Shown here in pieces: positions 38,995-52,339 of a DNA stretch of 55,085 bases. The notes under the pieces were generated by a model. That model had not been told where the DNA came from and searched no databases. It saw only the letters and a program-made list of their open reading frames with translations. Position numbers and translations under genes: made by a program. Numbering within the stretch: the stretch's first letter is position 1; every line of letters begins with the position of its first letter. The stretch is taken from assembly GCA_001938485.1 (NCBI GenBank), contig MQRK01227395.1:1-55085 (forward strand). Direction: 5' to 3'. This stretch comes from Girardia tigrina. Its lineage: Eukaryota.

Positions 38995-40315
38995 ACTGAT
39001 TATGTTCTTTTTTATTGCTTTTATATAAGAAAATGAATGATTATGCAATCACTCACGTAAGTCTAATCGAAAACTCTTAACAAATTAGTTNNNNNNNNNN
39101 NNNNNNNNNNNNNNNNNNNNNNNNNNNNNNNNNNNNNNNNNNNNNNNNNNNNNNNNNNNNNNNNNNNNNNNNNNNNNNNNNNNNNNNNNNNNAAAATCTT
39201 AAAATCATTTATGTTCACATTACATTTACACGTTTTTTTATGCTCAGCAATATTACTCTTTCCCCCTTTTTGACTGTGTTCTTGGACTCGTTTGCAGAGA
39301 TGACGGGCAGTATACAGTATACTGTTTAAATTTAAGTCAGACGGTTTTGTCTAAAGATGAACTCAACTTATTAAAATATGGCCCTAAACACTCTATTAAA
39401 AATAGATTTGATAAAAATAAGTTTAAGGCGAAAATTGAGGCAATGTACGGTTTTTATGTTACAAATCTTATTTATTTGAATAATATTAATTTTAATTTTA
39501 CTAATTTTAAACACGCTTTAAATAAAAAAGCTAACGAATATTTAAACAAAAATTTGAAACAAAACAATAAAGATTTAAAGGTTTGTTATACCTCTCTTGG
39601 TCTCTTTCTTCCACGTTTTCAAAATCTATTAAAAGTATTGATACATTGAGCAAGTTATTGAATAGTAACGGTTACTCTAAGTCCATCATAGACAGACTCA
39701 CTCGTGAGACTGTAGATAAAATAATCGAATAAGAAAAAATCAAAAATGAAAAAATTAATAGTTTAAACATTGAAAACTGCTTTACACCCGGGTATACTCT
39801 AAGCTTACCTTACTCCGAGGGTTTTAAACACCTCATGAATTCGATCTTGAAATCAACAAATAACATTTTAAATTTAAAAATTATTTCTCAATCATTTAGA
39901 GTTGAGAATATGTTTTGTAATAAATCAAATACTCCTTTAGGATTGTGTTCGGAGATTGTTTATCAATACACATGTAATGGGTGCAATGCCACATACATCG
40001 GAGAGACTGCCCGTCATCTATGCAAACGAGTCTAAGAACACAGTCAAAAAGGGGGAAAGAGTAATATTACTGAGCATAAAAAAACGTGTAAATGTAATAT
40101 GAGCATAATGATTTTAAGATTTTGTGCAAGCATTTAAAAAATTATTGGGAGAGAGTGTCATGTGAAGCATTGTTGATAAGATCATGTGATCCTAAAATCA
40201 ATGTTCAAACAGCACTCTCAACTAATTTGTTAAGAGTTTTCGATTAGACTTACGTAAGTGATTGCATAATCATTCATTTTCTTATATAAAAGCAATAAAA
40301 AAGAACATAATCAGT

Positions 40316-40354
40316 GATCTGATGATGACGGTTAAACCGTCGAAATATATTATC
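40316..40354 (+). ncRNA. Minimal hammerhead ribozyme, intact
   Basis: GAU-CUGAUGA-U-GACGGU/uaa/ACCGUC-GAAA-UAUA-UU-AUC; perfect 6-bp stem II, palindromic AUAUAU stem III. Confidence 0.85.
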
Positions 40355-40929
40355 CTAAAATATGTTTTTAAATGGCGTTTATTTGTTTTTAATAAAAAAT
40401 TGCCATCTTTTTTCAAGTTTATTTTAATTAGTAAAAATATTATCTATAACTTAAATTTTATATTTTAAAGAATTATTTCATTTTAATTTATCGACATTAT
40501 TTTTACTTTATCCAAAATATAAATATGATTTTTAAAAATATCAAAAATTTTAAGTTCACCAAAAGGAACTCCAACACTGATAGTGAAATAAATAATTACC
40601 AAAAATTAATTAAATACTGACATTTTACAGTATCCTTTATTTTTTTACTTACCAATTAATTAACTTACTGATCGATTATATAATATAATACTGGCAAAAA
40701 TACGTACAAATTAATTTGTTGCCTTTAAATAATTCCTTTTCGAGGTACAGTTAAACAACATATAGGCATTTTATTAATATCTATTGTTACTTCAATATAA
40801 ATGTAATCAGTACTATGTCACATATATTTTTGGTTCTCGGTATACATGAGTACTCAATATTTTTAACGAAAATCAACTCATAAAAGTTTCGTAATTTCAT
40901 TGAAACATATAAGTATCTCAAATAAATAC

Positions 40930-42755
40930 GTTTGTTTGTAAACATTCATAGTTTTAAGTATCAATTCCGATGTCATCATCGACATTTTACTTTTTTTCGA
41001 GTCATAGCTCATCCATCCAGTGCATTAGAAATAGAACATTTCAGAAAACCCTTCTTAATTATGCCAACATCCAATTCTTCCCAAGCATTATCAAACGACT
41101 GGATAATGTGCTGATCGAAGAAAATAAAGGGAATGTAATTACCACTTTACCTTAAGATCAGGAATAGTACTTACCTGAAGGTTAGGTGCGCTCGTGTTTC
41201 CATGTTTGGTGAAAGTGTGATCGTCTTCTTCAAATCAGGTATTTCACTTAACTTTAAGAACATCCTTTATTGGCTAGTTCCCTGAGACATCCAACGGCTG
41301 CAATAGTTTCATCATTCATGTAGGGATTATAACAATATTATTATTTTCGGCACGCAGCTCCTCTGCTATGTATGGCATGCGATGACAGCGGAATGGGTCT
41401 TATACCAGAAGTGATTGCTTTTTAGCAATCCACATCCACGATTAGACCACACTGTCTTTATCCAATCTTTAACAAGATTTTCATCCATCTACCAATTCTG
41501 TTGTGCACGAACATAGACACTTGGACGACCTTTTAGATACTGGGCTGTGTTTTCCGCTTACAAACATACAAAGAAGGAGAAAGAAGAAATGTGTTCTTAT
41601 CAATAAAAGGAGGTAGTTTAGTTCCATCAGCCATAAGATAACATAACTCTAAAGTGCGACTTCTAATTTACTGTTGTTGATAAAGACACAGTTTTGGCAC
41701 CTTTGGCATTTATAGTTTTATGAAATAGCATATCAAATGTAAGTGGGGTTTGGTCAGAATTACCAATAAGAGTAAGGTCATATTTGTTCTTCTTTCGTAG
41801 TTATATAATGAATTGCTGAAATTCAATCACCTTGTTTTCATAATAATCAGGACATTTTCTGCGCAATTGTGCTGCAGCGTCTCACAGATAAGTAAGGTCG
41901 TTTCATAAAGTGTACATGCCAACCAAAAGACACCTTGAAATCGATCTCTTCAGACAATGATTTGGTAAAGACAGGGTCTTTCAAACAGGCACATGGAATG
42001 AAAACAGAAGTGCCTTCCATACGACGACTAGTTATCCACTCTATTAATAATGTTTCTAAAGCAAGATTTGCAGGTGGCAGACCCCGGTTAGCCTTTTTCA
42101 CCCGTGGCATTTGAAGCAAGTGATCTTTATTATTTCGCCATTAACGAATGCTTGACTCTCCAAGTCCTTCAAATTCACAGCAAACAGCATGATTACCATG
42201 TGACTCAGCAGACTTTAAGACCTTCAACTTTTGTGACACAGTGTAAGTGTTAAAAATTAACACTCCAAAAAAACGTTTTTTTTTATTTTTCAAAACACAA
42301 GAAACAATTATACAACCATTTTTTAAAAACTAATGTAGTGAAACAAACACAAGCTGTTTTTACTAAAAATAAGGAAAATACCTAAAAAGCAACTGTTTAT
42401 GATCAACTGTTTATGGATGAATACAAACGCAATTGTAAAAACGTGAATAAAATATTTTTCTAATTTTTGGTTTTAACCCGCATGGGGCCACTGTCATTTT
42501 AAAAGAACACTGCTCAAATATTTTTTACATCAATTTGACAGTTCCCAAGTGTAGCTTATGTTGCCACCGTCCTTTTTAAAGGACACCCTATTACAAAAAG
42601 ACCGTATGAAACAAAAAATATTTTTTAATGTAGAACAAGTTATTTAGATATAATAAACCAGAATTAATATCAAAAATTCATTTTTTCTAAATGAAATAGT
42701 TTCGGTCCCATTAGGGTTAATACAGGTGGCGCGCATCATACTCGAGATCTGACGG
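40930..42755 (-). mobile_element. Degenerate pogo-family (POGK/Passer-like) transposon
   Basis: Brinker-like DBD 'YTVSQKLKVL..AESHGNHA', CENP-B HTH 'FKVSFGW..FMKR..LSVRR..TIAQK', DDE start 'IGNSDQTPLTFDM' and 'DGTKLPP'; probable 5' TIR TA|CCGTCAGATCTCGAGTATGA ending at 42755. Confidence 0.85.
42477..42716. mobile_element. piggyBac-like MITE nested in the pogo 5' region
   Basis: TTAA|CCCGCATGGGGCC ... GGTCCCATTAGGG|TTAA; TIR match 10 of 13. Confidence 0.65.
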
Positions 42756-43199
42756 TAACTGTGAACACGAGGGAAAAGGAAAACTTTTCTCTGATCAACA
42801 GGGTATCAAGAAAATTAGTTAATTATAGAAATATGTTTGATTTATTCATTAAAAGAAGGTCAATGATTTTCAACTTGGATTGTAAACTAGGATCACCAGA
42901 AGCCAATTCATTTCAAAGGAATATTCTGATTTCGTAGAAGATCCAACAAAATCAATTGAAAAAGGTAAATAATGAAACAATTAATTCTATTATTTCAAGA
43001 AAACATCTTTATAGAATCAGTCAAATGAAGTTGTGGAATAAAAGAAGATTTCCATTCATCAGATATGTGAGAAAATCAATTATTAAACAAAATATTCCGT
43101 CATTTTTAATAATTTGTGAAAAACATTTTATTTTTGAATTATAAATAAGTTTTTGAAACCAATTCTTTACTTTTGTTTTGAAATAGAAGAAAAGAATTA

Positions 43200-44270
43200 T
43201 CTGACTGTTTACACTGTATGGCGACCAGATCAGGACCATATGTAAATAAGTGTATATATTCGGGTGAATCCAAAGTTCTTTCCAGTTTTTTAAAGAAAAT
43301 TTCTACGCAATTTCACCATCGTGTTAATGACTTCGTTGCACCATTAGTGACCCTCCTATCTATTTTAATGGAATTGATCCGTAGGCTCTTTAGAGAGTCC
43401 CCAACTATAAAGCACTAGCAGCCTCCGATAGGTCTCCTTCGAGGTTTTCTATTTTCCGCTTATGGTGTCTCTTTGAACCCCCAATAGAAAACTATCAACC
43501 ATGTTCGGATGTTCCATGATTTAGCATTCCTTTAGCCATTACCATGGACTTTAAATAGCGACTTCAAACAAAGGGACAGTTGAAATGCCCTTTTTTAGAT
43601 AAATCCGATAAAAAAAAATTTAGGACTTCTAAGATGATCGTTTCTGAGAGATTCGGTGAAACATTCGTATTGACGGTCCGTAACTGAATACTGCTTGTAA
43701 TTGTTTGATTGTCTTCCTTCTTCTTGGTTTTGTCTATTCGTTTTACCCCACCACACAAATCGCTATCACAACAGTCATCTGCTTTTATTCTTTCGATGAT
43801 TCTGTTGGATTTGATTAGATTGATTTGCTTCTTCGGTGTATCTTGTAGTATCTGGTCAGTCACCTCACTGATGCATAGCTCCTAGAGTAGTGCTGACATG
43901 AATAAGGTTTCATGATCCATTTTGATATGTCTCTGGAGCTCCTTTTGTTCTGCAATGGCCTTTTTGCAAAGCTCGTTGTGACATTCAACCATTTTCATTT
44001 TTGGTTTGATAAGTTTCGACAGATCTTCTGTCATCCTCCCTAAGAGACTTCTGTTGATCGAGCCTGTCTCGCATTCGGCGTTGAGCACCATCTGATAGCT
44101 GGCTGATAACAGAGTCAACAGAGTGATCTGTCCAATCAGCTATTCCGTATCAATCCGTAGGCATTCTCCGAGTTTCTGTTTGCTTCTTCCTGGGATCTTT
44201 CTATCAAATTTCATTGTGCTTTTTAGAATTCTTCGCACACATAGCTGACCTTCTCCTGTTGCCAAGGGGA
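43200..44270 (-). pseudogene. Degenerate coding block with a C2H2 zinc finger, possibly ORF1 plus APE start of a non-LTR retrotransposon
   Basis: C-x4-C-x12-H-x4-H at 43912-43983; 'KKGHFNCP' at the ORF end; 'WNIRT' (APE-like) shortly after. Confidence 0.4.
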
Positions 44271-45159
44271 CGTGGAATACTATAAGCAAGATATCAAATG
44301 TTTAGTTGAACCTAAATATTGATCAATGATTCTGGATATATTTAAATAATAAATAGTTAATTGTCTTACTGTTCTTCCTCACATTTTGTATTGATCATGT
44401 TTTCATAAAATTATATGTTTATAGCAATACAAACTTTTAGAGGAAACGGAATATAATCGGAGCGGAACAAATTAATTTCAAGTAAAATATTTTAAAATTA
44501 TTTTTTTCAGAATTGACCGAGTTCTATGTTCATTCAGAAGTTGAGCAAGACAAAAAGAAAGAATAGAGATGAACATTAAAGACATTGATGTTATAAGGAA
44601 CTTTACATCTGGCTTCGATGATTAATATGTTATCTATTAATTCGGTTGATGAATATTTGAGATTTACGTCCGGCAAAATTTGGTCGCAATTCTGACAGTA
44701 TTATAATTAAAAAAGATAAATATCAAATATTATTGAATAATATATTTCTCTTTAAAATTAAACAAAAAAACATTCTGAAAAAGAATGCTCTTATTAATTT
44801 TAAATCAAAAACTTATGTTAAAAATAATAATAATTTTTGTATAATTCTAATAAGACTCCAAATATTCTTCCTTATAATAATCCCGTAAAATATTTTTTAA
44901 AAATATTTTTTTTATAATTTCAACATTCCTTCATAAAATAATTAAATTTTCAGAAGAATAATTCAATTAAAAATTTCTTTTTGAAAAAAAAAACATTTTT
45001 TCTTTTTTAAATGTAATCCAAAAAAAACTTTTTTTTATTTCATGTAAAAATCTGTTTTCTCAAGAAGTTTAAATGAATGAATTTTAATAAATTAAAAAAA
45101 ATAGACAGCTATTAAAAAATATTTTTTTAAATAAAAAAAAGATTTTTTATGAACAAATT

Positions 45160-46175
45160 TTTTTTTATAAAATATGAAAAAAATACAAAAAACAAAATAA
45201 ATATAAATATTTTACATTTTAATTCAGCTAATTTAATTTTTCCACTTTCTCATGTTTCCAATCACCCGGAAGGTTTCTTTTTACAAAAATATTGTTTATT
45301 TATTTTTTAAAGAAACATATCAAGAAATATAAATAAACAGGTAAATAAGTATGGTTTTTATTATATTTTCTTCGCATCGGTTTATTTTTATATTAAGAAA
45401 ACAACAGTTTTACAAATGTTTACTTTTAAAACAACAAAAATTATTGTAAATTTATCAAAAAATATAAAAAATAAATATATATTTTTTACGAAATAAAGAT
45501 TTTATAAAATATATAAAAAAATACAAGACAAAATAAGCATAAATATTTTATAATTTAATTTAGCTTATTTATTTTAAGAAGTTTCTGTTCCTTCAAAAAT
45601 AATCATTTACAAAAATAATTTTTATTTATTTTTTTTAAATTAATTAATTTTTAATTTAAATTTGTTAAAATATCATTTAAAGACGAATAGTTAGAAAATG
45701 TAAATAAAGTAGGTAGAAAAATTTTTTTATAATTAACATTATTTATTTTATTAAATGACCAGTGTCACGAAGGCCTTTCACGCCTTCAATAAACAATAAT
45801 TTTTAATTCTTAAAAATTTCTTTTTGCTAAGAATTTTTAAAAATAATAAAAAATTATTAAAAAACTTAACAAAAATATATACCTGTTTTTATAAAAAATG
45901 AAAAAAAACGAAAAAAACAAACATAAATATTTAACTATTAAAATTTATTTTTTCCACTTTTTTCTTCTTTTAAATCACCCGGAAAGTTTCTTTATACAAA
46001 AAATTATATATTTAAAAGAAAAATATTTTTTTGAAATATAAATAAAATAGGTACAAAAGTAGGGGTTTTTTATTATATTTTCTTTCCACACGGTTTATTT
46101 TTATTTTATTGAAAACCACAGTTTTACAATCGATACTATTAAAACAAAAAAAATAATTGTAAATATATCGAATCA
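45160..46175 (+). repeat. About three diverged tandem units of ~340-385 bp
   Basis: 'AATCACCCGGAA.GTTTCTTT' at about 45260 and 45973; 'CGGTTTATTTT...ACAGTTTTACAA' at about 45378 and 46091; the middle unit is more diverged. Confidence 0.65.
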
Positions 46176-46208
46176 TTTTCATTTAGTAATTTTAGATTGT
46201 ACTACAAT

Positions 46209-46995
46209 TCAAACAAACGACGACGACAGAATAGGATTAGTTGCCACAACATTTGATGAGCTGATTTGTCCCGTATTTTCCGCGAAGGAAGAAGTGTTCC
46301 GGTTCTTGATGGATAGGGATCCGGCAGTACTTACGAGGAGAGAATTAGAAACACTTTTTAAACCGCAGTTTTTGACATTGTTACTAAAACAGAGTGAGGA
46401 GTCGGCTCCGAGTTCTCGAAAGTTTCTCTCGTCCAATTCCGATATTTTACTTGTCGGTAAAGTTTCTGGATTTTTCATCAATCTTTGATAATCTGAAACC
46501 CGGTTGGAAAAGGAAAATTAAATAAATAATTATTGATTATTATTCAGATGATTAAAAATCATATCATATTAATTTTTAAAAATAAACAGACGATATTTCA
46601 CAAAAAAAAATTTATTTTCATTGACATTTAATTTCGATAGTATAACCGTTATCATCAGGTCATAAAGAAATTACGAATTTACTATCAGCAAATACAGACA
46701 AGCAGTGATTGCGTAATCCATGGATGAATGTGTGTCATCTATACACACTCAAAAAGGTTGTCGAGAGACTCGTTTGCACATTAATCACAGACTTCTCTTC
46801 TAGTAATTATTAAACTTGCACACAGAACTTTAAAAGCATTATTTTTGTGAAATCACGTCTTTTTATTTTCATTTATTAATAAATTATATTTTGGCCATAT
46901 AAAAACTTACAATTATTTGTTTCGTCGCCTGGGTTAACTGGTAAAGTTTGAGGAAAAGTGGAATACTTTTCGTTTTGTCTTGTTAAGCTGCTTAT
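46209..46995 (-). other. Putative exons of an unidentified (pseudo)gene; Ser-rich terminal exon 46209-46492
   Basis: TTTCAG acceptors and a GTAAG donor bound GC-richer open segments ('ISSLTRQNEKYSTFPQTLPVNPGDETNN'; 'YQRLMKNPETLPTSK...'); no recognisable domain. Confidence 0.3.
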
Positions 46996-48096
46996 CTGAA
47001 ATAAGAATAAATTTCCTTTAACAAATTGCTCAATGGGAACATTTACACGTGTTTCTTATCTTTTCTTCTAAATTGATACTTCTAGTTTAAATTTTGGATT
47101 TCATTTAAACAATTTTTGGAGAAGAAATTAAATGAGTTTTTTCCCCATACTTTTTTTGTCAATTTATAAATGAAACAAGCAAAAAAAAATAAATAGAATT
47201 TATTATTAATGGGATAAAAAGCCCAGTTTTTTTCTTAATTTTTTTCCATCGGGAGAAAGTAAATAAATCTGTTAAATAAATATGGGAAAAATTGCATTAG
47301 TAAAACAAAAAAACTTTTTATTTTTTTATTCTCTATTGGTATTTTTTCATTAAAATAAAATGAGTAGTGTTTTTTATTGTTTTAATTGAATGTTGTGAGA
47401 TTTTTTTTCTGTAAAAAATAATAAAAAAATAATAAAATAAATATTTTCATTCTTAAAAATTGGATTATTATTGGAAAAATAATAATCAATTGCAAAATTT
47501 TAATTTTTTTATGGAATTTTTTTCATATATAAATTATTTATTTTTAATTATATATAATTATGTTTATATTAAAGATTATTGTTAATATTTGTAAAAGATA
47601 AATAAAAAATATAAGTCTGTAAAAAAGTAATGAAAAGAATTTTAATCTTTAATTAATATCTGAAGAAAAAAAAAGAATTTTTTTGGGATTATTTTACTTT
47701 TATTTTTTAAATAAGAAAATAGATGTAGCAAAGGCAGATGAATAAAATAATGATTTCATTACATTAATGAAATGTTTGTTTTGAGTTTCAAGTTTAAATG
47801 TATACTTAAATAATTGCTTTTCAGTTTCTTTTGGGTTTTAATAGTATCCTGAGATCTTCGAAGGATGGACTTTATTAGATGCTGTAGACATATTACTCGG
47901 TGATAATAAAACTTGATGAAAATTTTTTATTTCTGTTAGGGCTGGCGAACTTAAAGTTTTTTAAATTTTTAAAATAGCATAAAATATCAATTATTTATAT
48001 AGATTATTATTTAAGTGTTAATAACGATTAATAAATAATTTATTAAAATAAGCTGTAATCTAAAAAACAGTTAATAAGTTAAAATATATAACGTTA

Positions 48097-49073
48097 CTAG
48101 AAAAAGACCCGTCATATATGACGGTGAGCTGAATTTTCGACTTTAAAAGTTTCTGTTTTAATTTTTAAATAGTAATTATTATAATTTATTATTTATTGTT
48201 TTGAATTCTGTGTTGGTTTAACAGTCAGTCAGTTAAATCGGTTCTCGGAGCCTTTCGGCAAAGGAGCTGTACAGACAGAACCGTTTTGATGCGGACTTTG
48301 CAGAGTTATCTCAATTTTATGCGGATTCAATCACTGTTCCTCCACTATTTTGCATTCTGGGGCTGTCATGCAATTTTAGCAGATTTCCAACCCCTTCTTT
48401 CCCTCGTCAAATTTCGTCACAGAATTCTTTCTCTAAATACTTCAGAATTTCGATTTGACGTCACATTTCCGAAACTGCCCTCCCCAAGTAACACTTCGTC
48501 ACTAAATTCTGTACCCCTGCCCCCCCTTTTACGTGATATATTTTATGGATGTATTTTATCAGCATATATATGATCATAGTAAAATTTGAGCTTGAACGAC
48601 AAACCGTGAATCAGATGATAACGAAATTTTGCAAAATTAACCTATATTGATTTATAGAAATATAATTAGTAAATAAGTGATTAAAATGGTTATTTATCAA
48701 ATAAATTAGTATTTTTTTGATATTTTCATAAAAATTTACACGAAATTCAGTGTAGGAATCGAAATCGTCATTATTCGAAATCGGTGTTAATTTAACCATT
48801 TAACAACTTGTACGGTTTTGGATCGATTTCATCGGCTTACGGCCGTCTTTCGGAAAAGGCGCTTCACCGGCAAAATTGTATGGATGCGGGCTATCCAGAT
48901 TGACCACGTTCTTAAATGAATTCACTCTGGTTCGTCCGCAATTGCACATTGAAAAGCGTGGTGGACAAACAAAGAAACCAACAAACAAACCAACACACTT
49001 TTTAGACAAATATTATATATATANNNNNNNNNNNNNNNNNNNNNNNNNNNNNNNNNNNNNNNNNNNNNNNNNN

Positions 49074-49115
<42 letters not shown>

Positions 49116-49116
49116 A
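48097..49116 (-). mobile_element. Non-autonomous Helitron with both termini
   Basis: Minus strand: A|TC(TTATATA..) 5' end, (TA)n and (GTTT)n tracts, 3' hairpin CCGTCATATATGACGG, 8-nt spacer, CTAG|T; no TSD. Confidence 0.85.
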
Positions 49117-49499
49117 TATAGATTTAAAAATTTTTATAAACATAAAATAACGTTTTAATAAGAAATAAGAATTTAAAATTAATAATTTGCAATAAGGTTT
49201 TAATAAAAAATATAAAAGATTTGAATTTTAAAATTTACGATAAGACTTTAATAATAGAATAAGAATTTAATAATACCAAAATTAATAATTATAAGATAAA
49301 GTTTTTAATAAAAAATATTTTCAAAAATTTATGACGTTTATAAAATCATAATTATATTTTTACTTATTTATTTATGATTCGTACAGAATAAGAAAATAGT
49401 TCCTCAAAAAATTGTTATAAAAATCCTTATTGTTATAGAAATATATTTTTACGTATTCTGACTTCAATTAATGATTTCGAACCTAACATTGTGACTACA

Positions 49500-52110
49500 C
49501 CAGCAGCTTGGAACAACTGATTTTGAGACTCTTACCAGACAGTTATAGACGGCAAAATTACGTAGAAACATTCATAGTAGCTTGTGCAAGATACTTCACA
49601 GTGGTCAATATACCGGTAAATATCCAAGAGATATTGGTAAATGGTTTACTGTCAAATGCACTCGTAACAATATATGAAAGAGTAGGCTCCAAATTGAAGA
49701 GATATGAAGCCCGTCTAAGACAAGCTTTTCAGACGAAAGGCACATTAATGGAGGATTTGATAAAGGCTATAGACTTTGAAGAAGTCTGCATAATCAGTGG
49801 AGGAATTCTTCGTTATATCAAAATAGTTTGCGGCAAAATTGTTGAAACTTGAGTGGACAGAGACGGAGATAGAGAAATACCTCCTGATTCATGGGTTTAA
49901 AGACAGTGATGTGAAAAAGTAGATCGAATTTCGTGAAGTAAAGGAAATAAAGAGTATCATCAAAAAGTAGATGAAGTCCGGAGAATGGAAAATCTGATAC
50001 AAGCGGCCAGGAAGGAAGTGAATACGAGAGGCGCGGTGAGGAGTGGTGATGCATTTGGAAGATGAGCTCAGATTCAGAACAACATAACGTATTGAAACTG
50101 CCCAGAAATGAGACATAAAAGAGCGAGTGCAAACGGAAAAGGAAGATCACGTGTCATGCATGTGGAGAAGAAGGGCAAATGGAATATTAAGACCATGCCA
50201 TTCACAAAGGAACACACTTATGCGTTTGGACAAAGGACAGAGTCGAAATCATACTATTTACATAAAGAACAGCATTTTCTACTAAATTATGACAATTCTG
50301 TGTCAAACAAATGCCTCTCGGGAGAGCAGCAGTACCAGAGACATTCCAGGAATTGATGAATAAAGTATTGAGACCAATAAAGAAAGGAGCATCAGTTTAT
50401 TTACATGATATCTTGTTAAACACAAGCACAAAGAAAGAGCATATAGCGTTCTAAAAGAAGTATTTGACAGGATAAAGCAGGGATGATTGAAAATAAAGCC
50501 ATCAAAATGTAAGATATTGAGACAAGAGGTTAAATTTTTAGGAGATATAATAAATAATAAAGGGATACAGACAAACTCAGAGAAAATCACAGAGAGACAA
50601 AACTTTCAGAGGCCCTCATGTATTAAAAATTTGGGACGTTTCTTAGGCATTCACAACTATTTTAGGATGTTTATTAGTGGATTCGCGAAGAAAGCAAAAG
50701 TATTGGAAGGAATGTGTGGATTGAATAAGGAAAAACTGATTTGAACAGATACGTGCAAAATAGCGTTCAAGGAGATAAAGAGAGCACTAATAACGGTGCC
50801 GATAGTAAGTTTCCCAGACTTCGAGAGACAGTTTAATTTAGACACAGACGTCAGCTTCGACATCATGAGGTGATACTATCTGAGACAGGTTTTAGCGTAC
50901 GAGTCACATACAATTTCAGCACATGAAAGAGTTTATTGTATAACCATAAACAAACTGTTAGACATATTTTATTTTTGTCAACATTTCAAAAACTAGTTAT
51001 ACGGGAAAAATTTCAAGTTCAAAACGGACCACAAGGCCATAACATTTGTTTCATACGAAAAAACCCCTTACAGCCCAGTTTCATAGCAGTCTAGACATAG
51101 AGATAGAGTACAGAAAAGGAGAGCTACACCGCAACGCAGATATGCTATCAAGACGAAATTGTGACACCTGTACACAGCACCAGATGAAACACGAAGAGGC
51201 TAAAATTGGTAAAAATAAAACCCGATTGTTGGCAGGAACTACGAGAAGCCAAGTCAAAACGGGTCAGAAACTGAACGATTTAATCATACAGATCAATAGA
51301 ATATAGTGTCATACGGGAACAGAGAAAGTGTATGAATATCTGAAAGATAAGTATGACATGGAAGAAGAAAAGAAAACGGTTGCAGATGAAGTAGGAACTT
51401 GCAAAGAATGCCAAAAAACAAAAACGACAACCACAAAGACTAAGGAAGAAAATGCAAAAATAACAGCTGCATAGGTATTTGAAAATGTTTATATAGACTC
51501 TGTGACCCGCTAAATGAGACAATGAGAAGAGAAAGATATATTTTGGAAATGATAGACCAATTCTTGAAAAATGTAAGTTTAAAAGCAATTAAGAGACAAG
51601 ACGAGGACACTATTGTAAAGACAATTTTGGAAAAATGAATATTGAAATCAGGAGCCCCAAAGGAAACACATGTTGATTACGGTAAAAGGTTGAAGTCAAA
51701 GAATTTTTAAAAATGTTTGAAGCAAGTGCAGTTAAATTGATATTTTCCAGTCCATTTCACCATAATACAAATGGGGTAATTTGGAGGCAATTCCGAACGA
51801 TAGAGAATTCATCCAGACGAGTCTGAAAGAATTAAATAATATAAGCTGGGTCGACTTATTACCAGAAGTAGAATTTTCTATAAATGCTGCGAAACAAAAA
51901 ATAATAGGATGTAGTTCAGCCGAGGATTTATTTTGGAAAGAAATAAACAGACAACAGTGGTATGAGAACAGTAAAATAGACAGAGGAAGTATTAAGGAAA
52001 GAATAAAGGAAAAGAATAAGAAGAAAAAGAGACACGAAGATTATACAAAGTTGGCGATATGGTATGGGTACAAAGAGTGATCAGAACGAAAGGTTGATCT
52101 TTTATATGAT
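49500..52110 (+). mobile_element. Heavily degenerate Ty3/gypsy gag-pol
   Basis: RT end 'KIKPSKC...EVKFLG', 'FLGIHNYFRMFI'; RNase H 'PDFERQFNLDTD', 'TDHKA', 'IEYRKGELHRNADMLSR'; IN 'SPFHHNTNG', 'WVDLLPEVEFSIN'. Confidence 0.88.
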
Positions 52111-52339
52111 ACAGTATTTAAAGCATAAAAATCAAAATTAAAAAAAAATATTTCAAAAAATTAAAAAACGCTAAAAAATAAAATATATAATTAGAAAAAT
52201 GTTAGAAAAAGATAATTTCAGATAAAAAGAGCGTTTAAGAATCGAAACATTTATTAGGGCAACTTTTAATTCACTTTCTTTTGGATTTTGATAATTAATT
52301 CTTTTCCTGTGAAAAAATATTAATAATTTTTATTAATAA

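Larger units (their letters stand above)
38921..40417 (+). mobile_element. Penelope-like element: inverted 5' pseudo-LTR, N-terminal fragment, RT deleted, GIY-YIG, 3' pseudo-LTR; 13-bp TSD
   Basis: 38921-39310 is the reverse complement of about 40005-40393; 'LSKDELNLLKYGPK' is joined at about 39587 to the thumb region; TTTATTTTAATTA at 38908-38920 and 40418-40430. Confidence 0.93.
38220..40576 (-). repeat. Inverted copy of 14391-15183, split by the Penelope insertion at 38921-40417
   Basis: 38220-38920 and 40431-40576 join into the reverse complement of the 14.4-15.2 kb repeat. Confidence 0.9.

Noticed and set aside
39712-39899. GT...AG segment missing in the cullin-fused copy, as a spliced intron
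   Set aside because: The deleted copy retains GTAGATA plus four bases, so the breakpoints do not match splice sites; the segment is coding.
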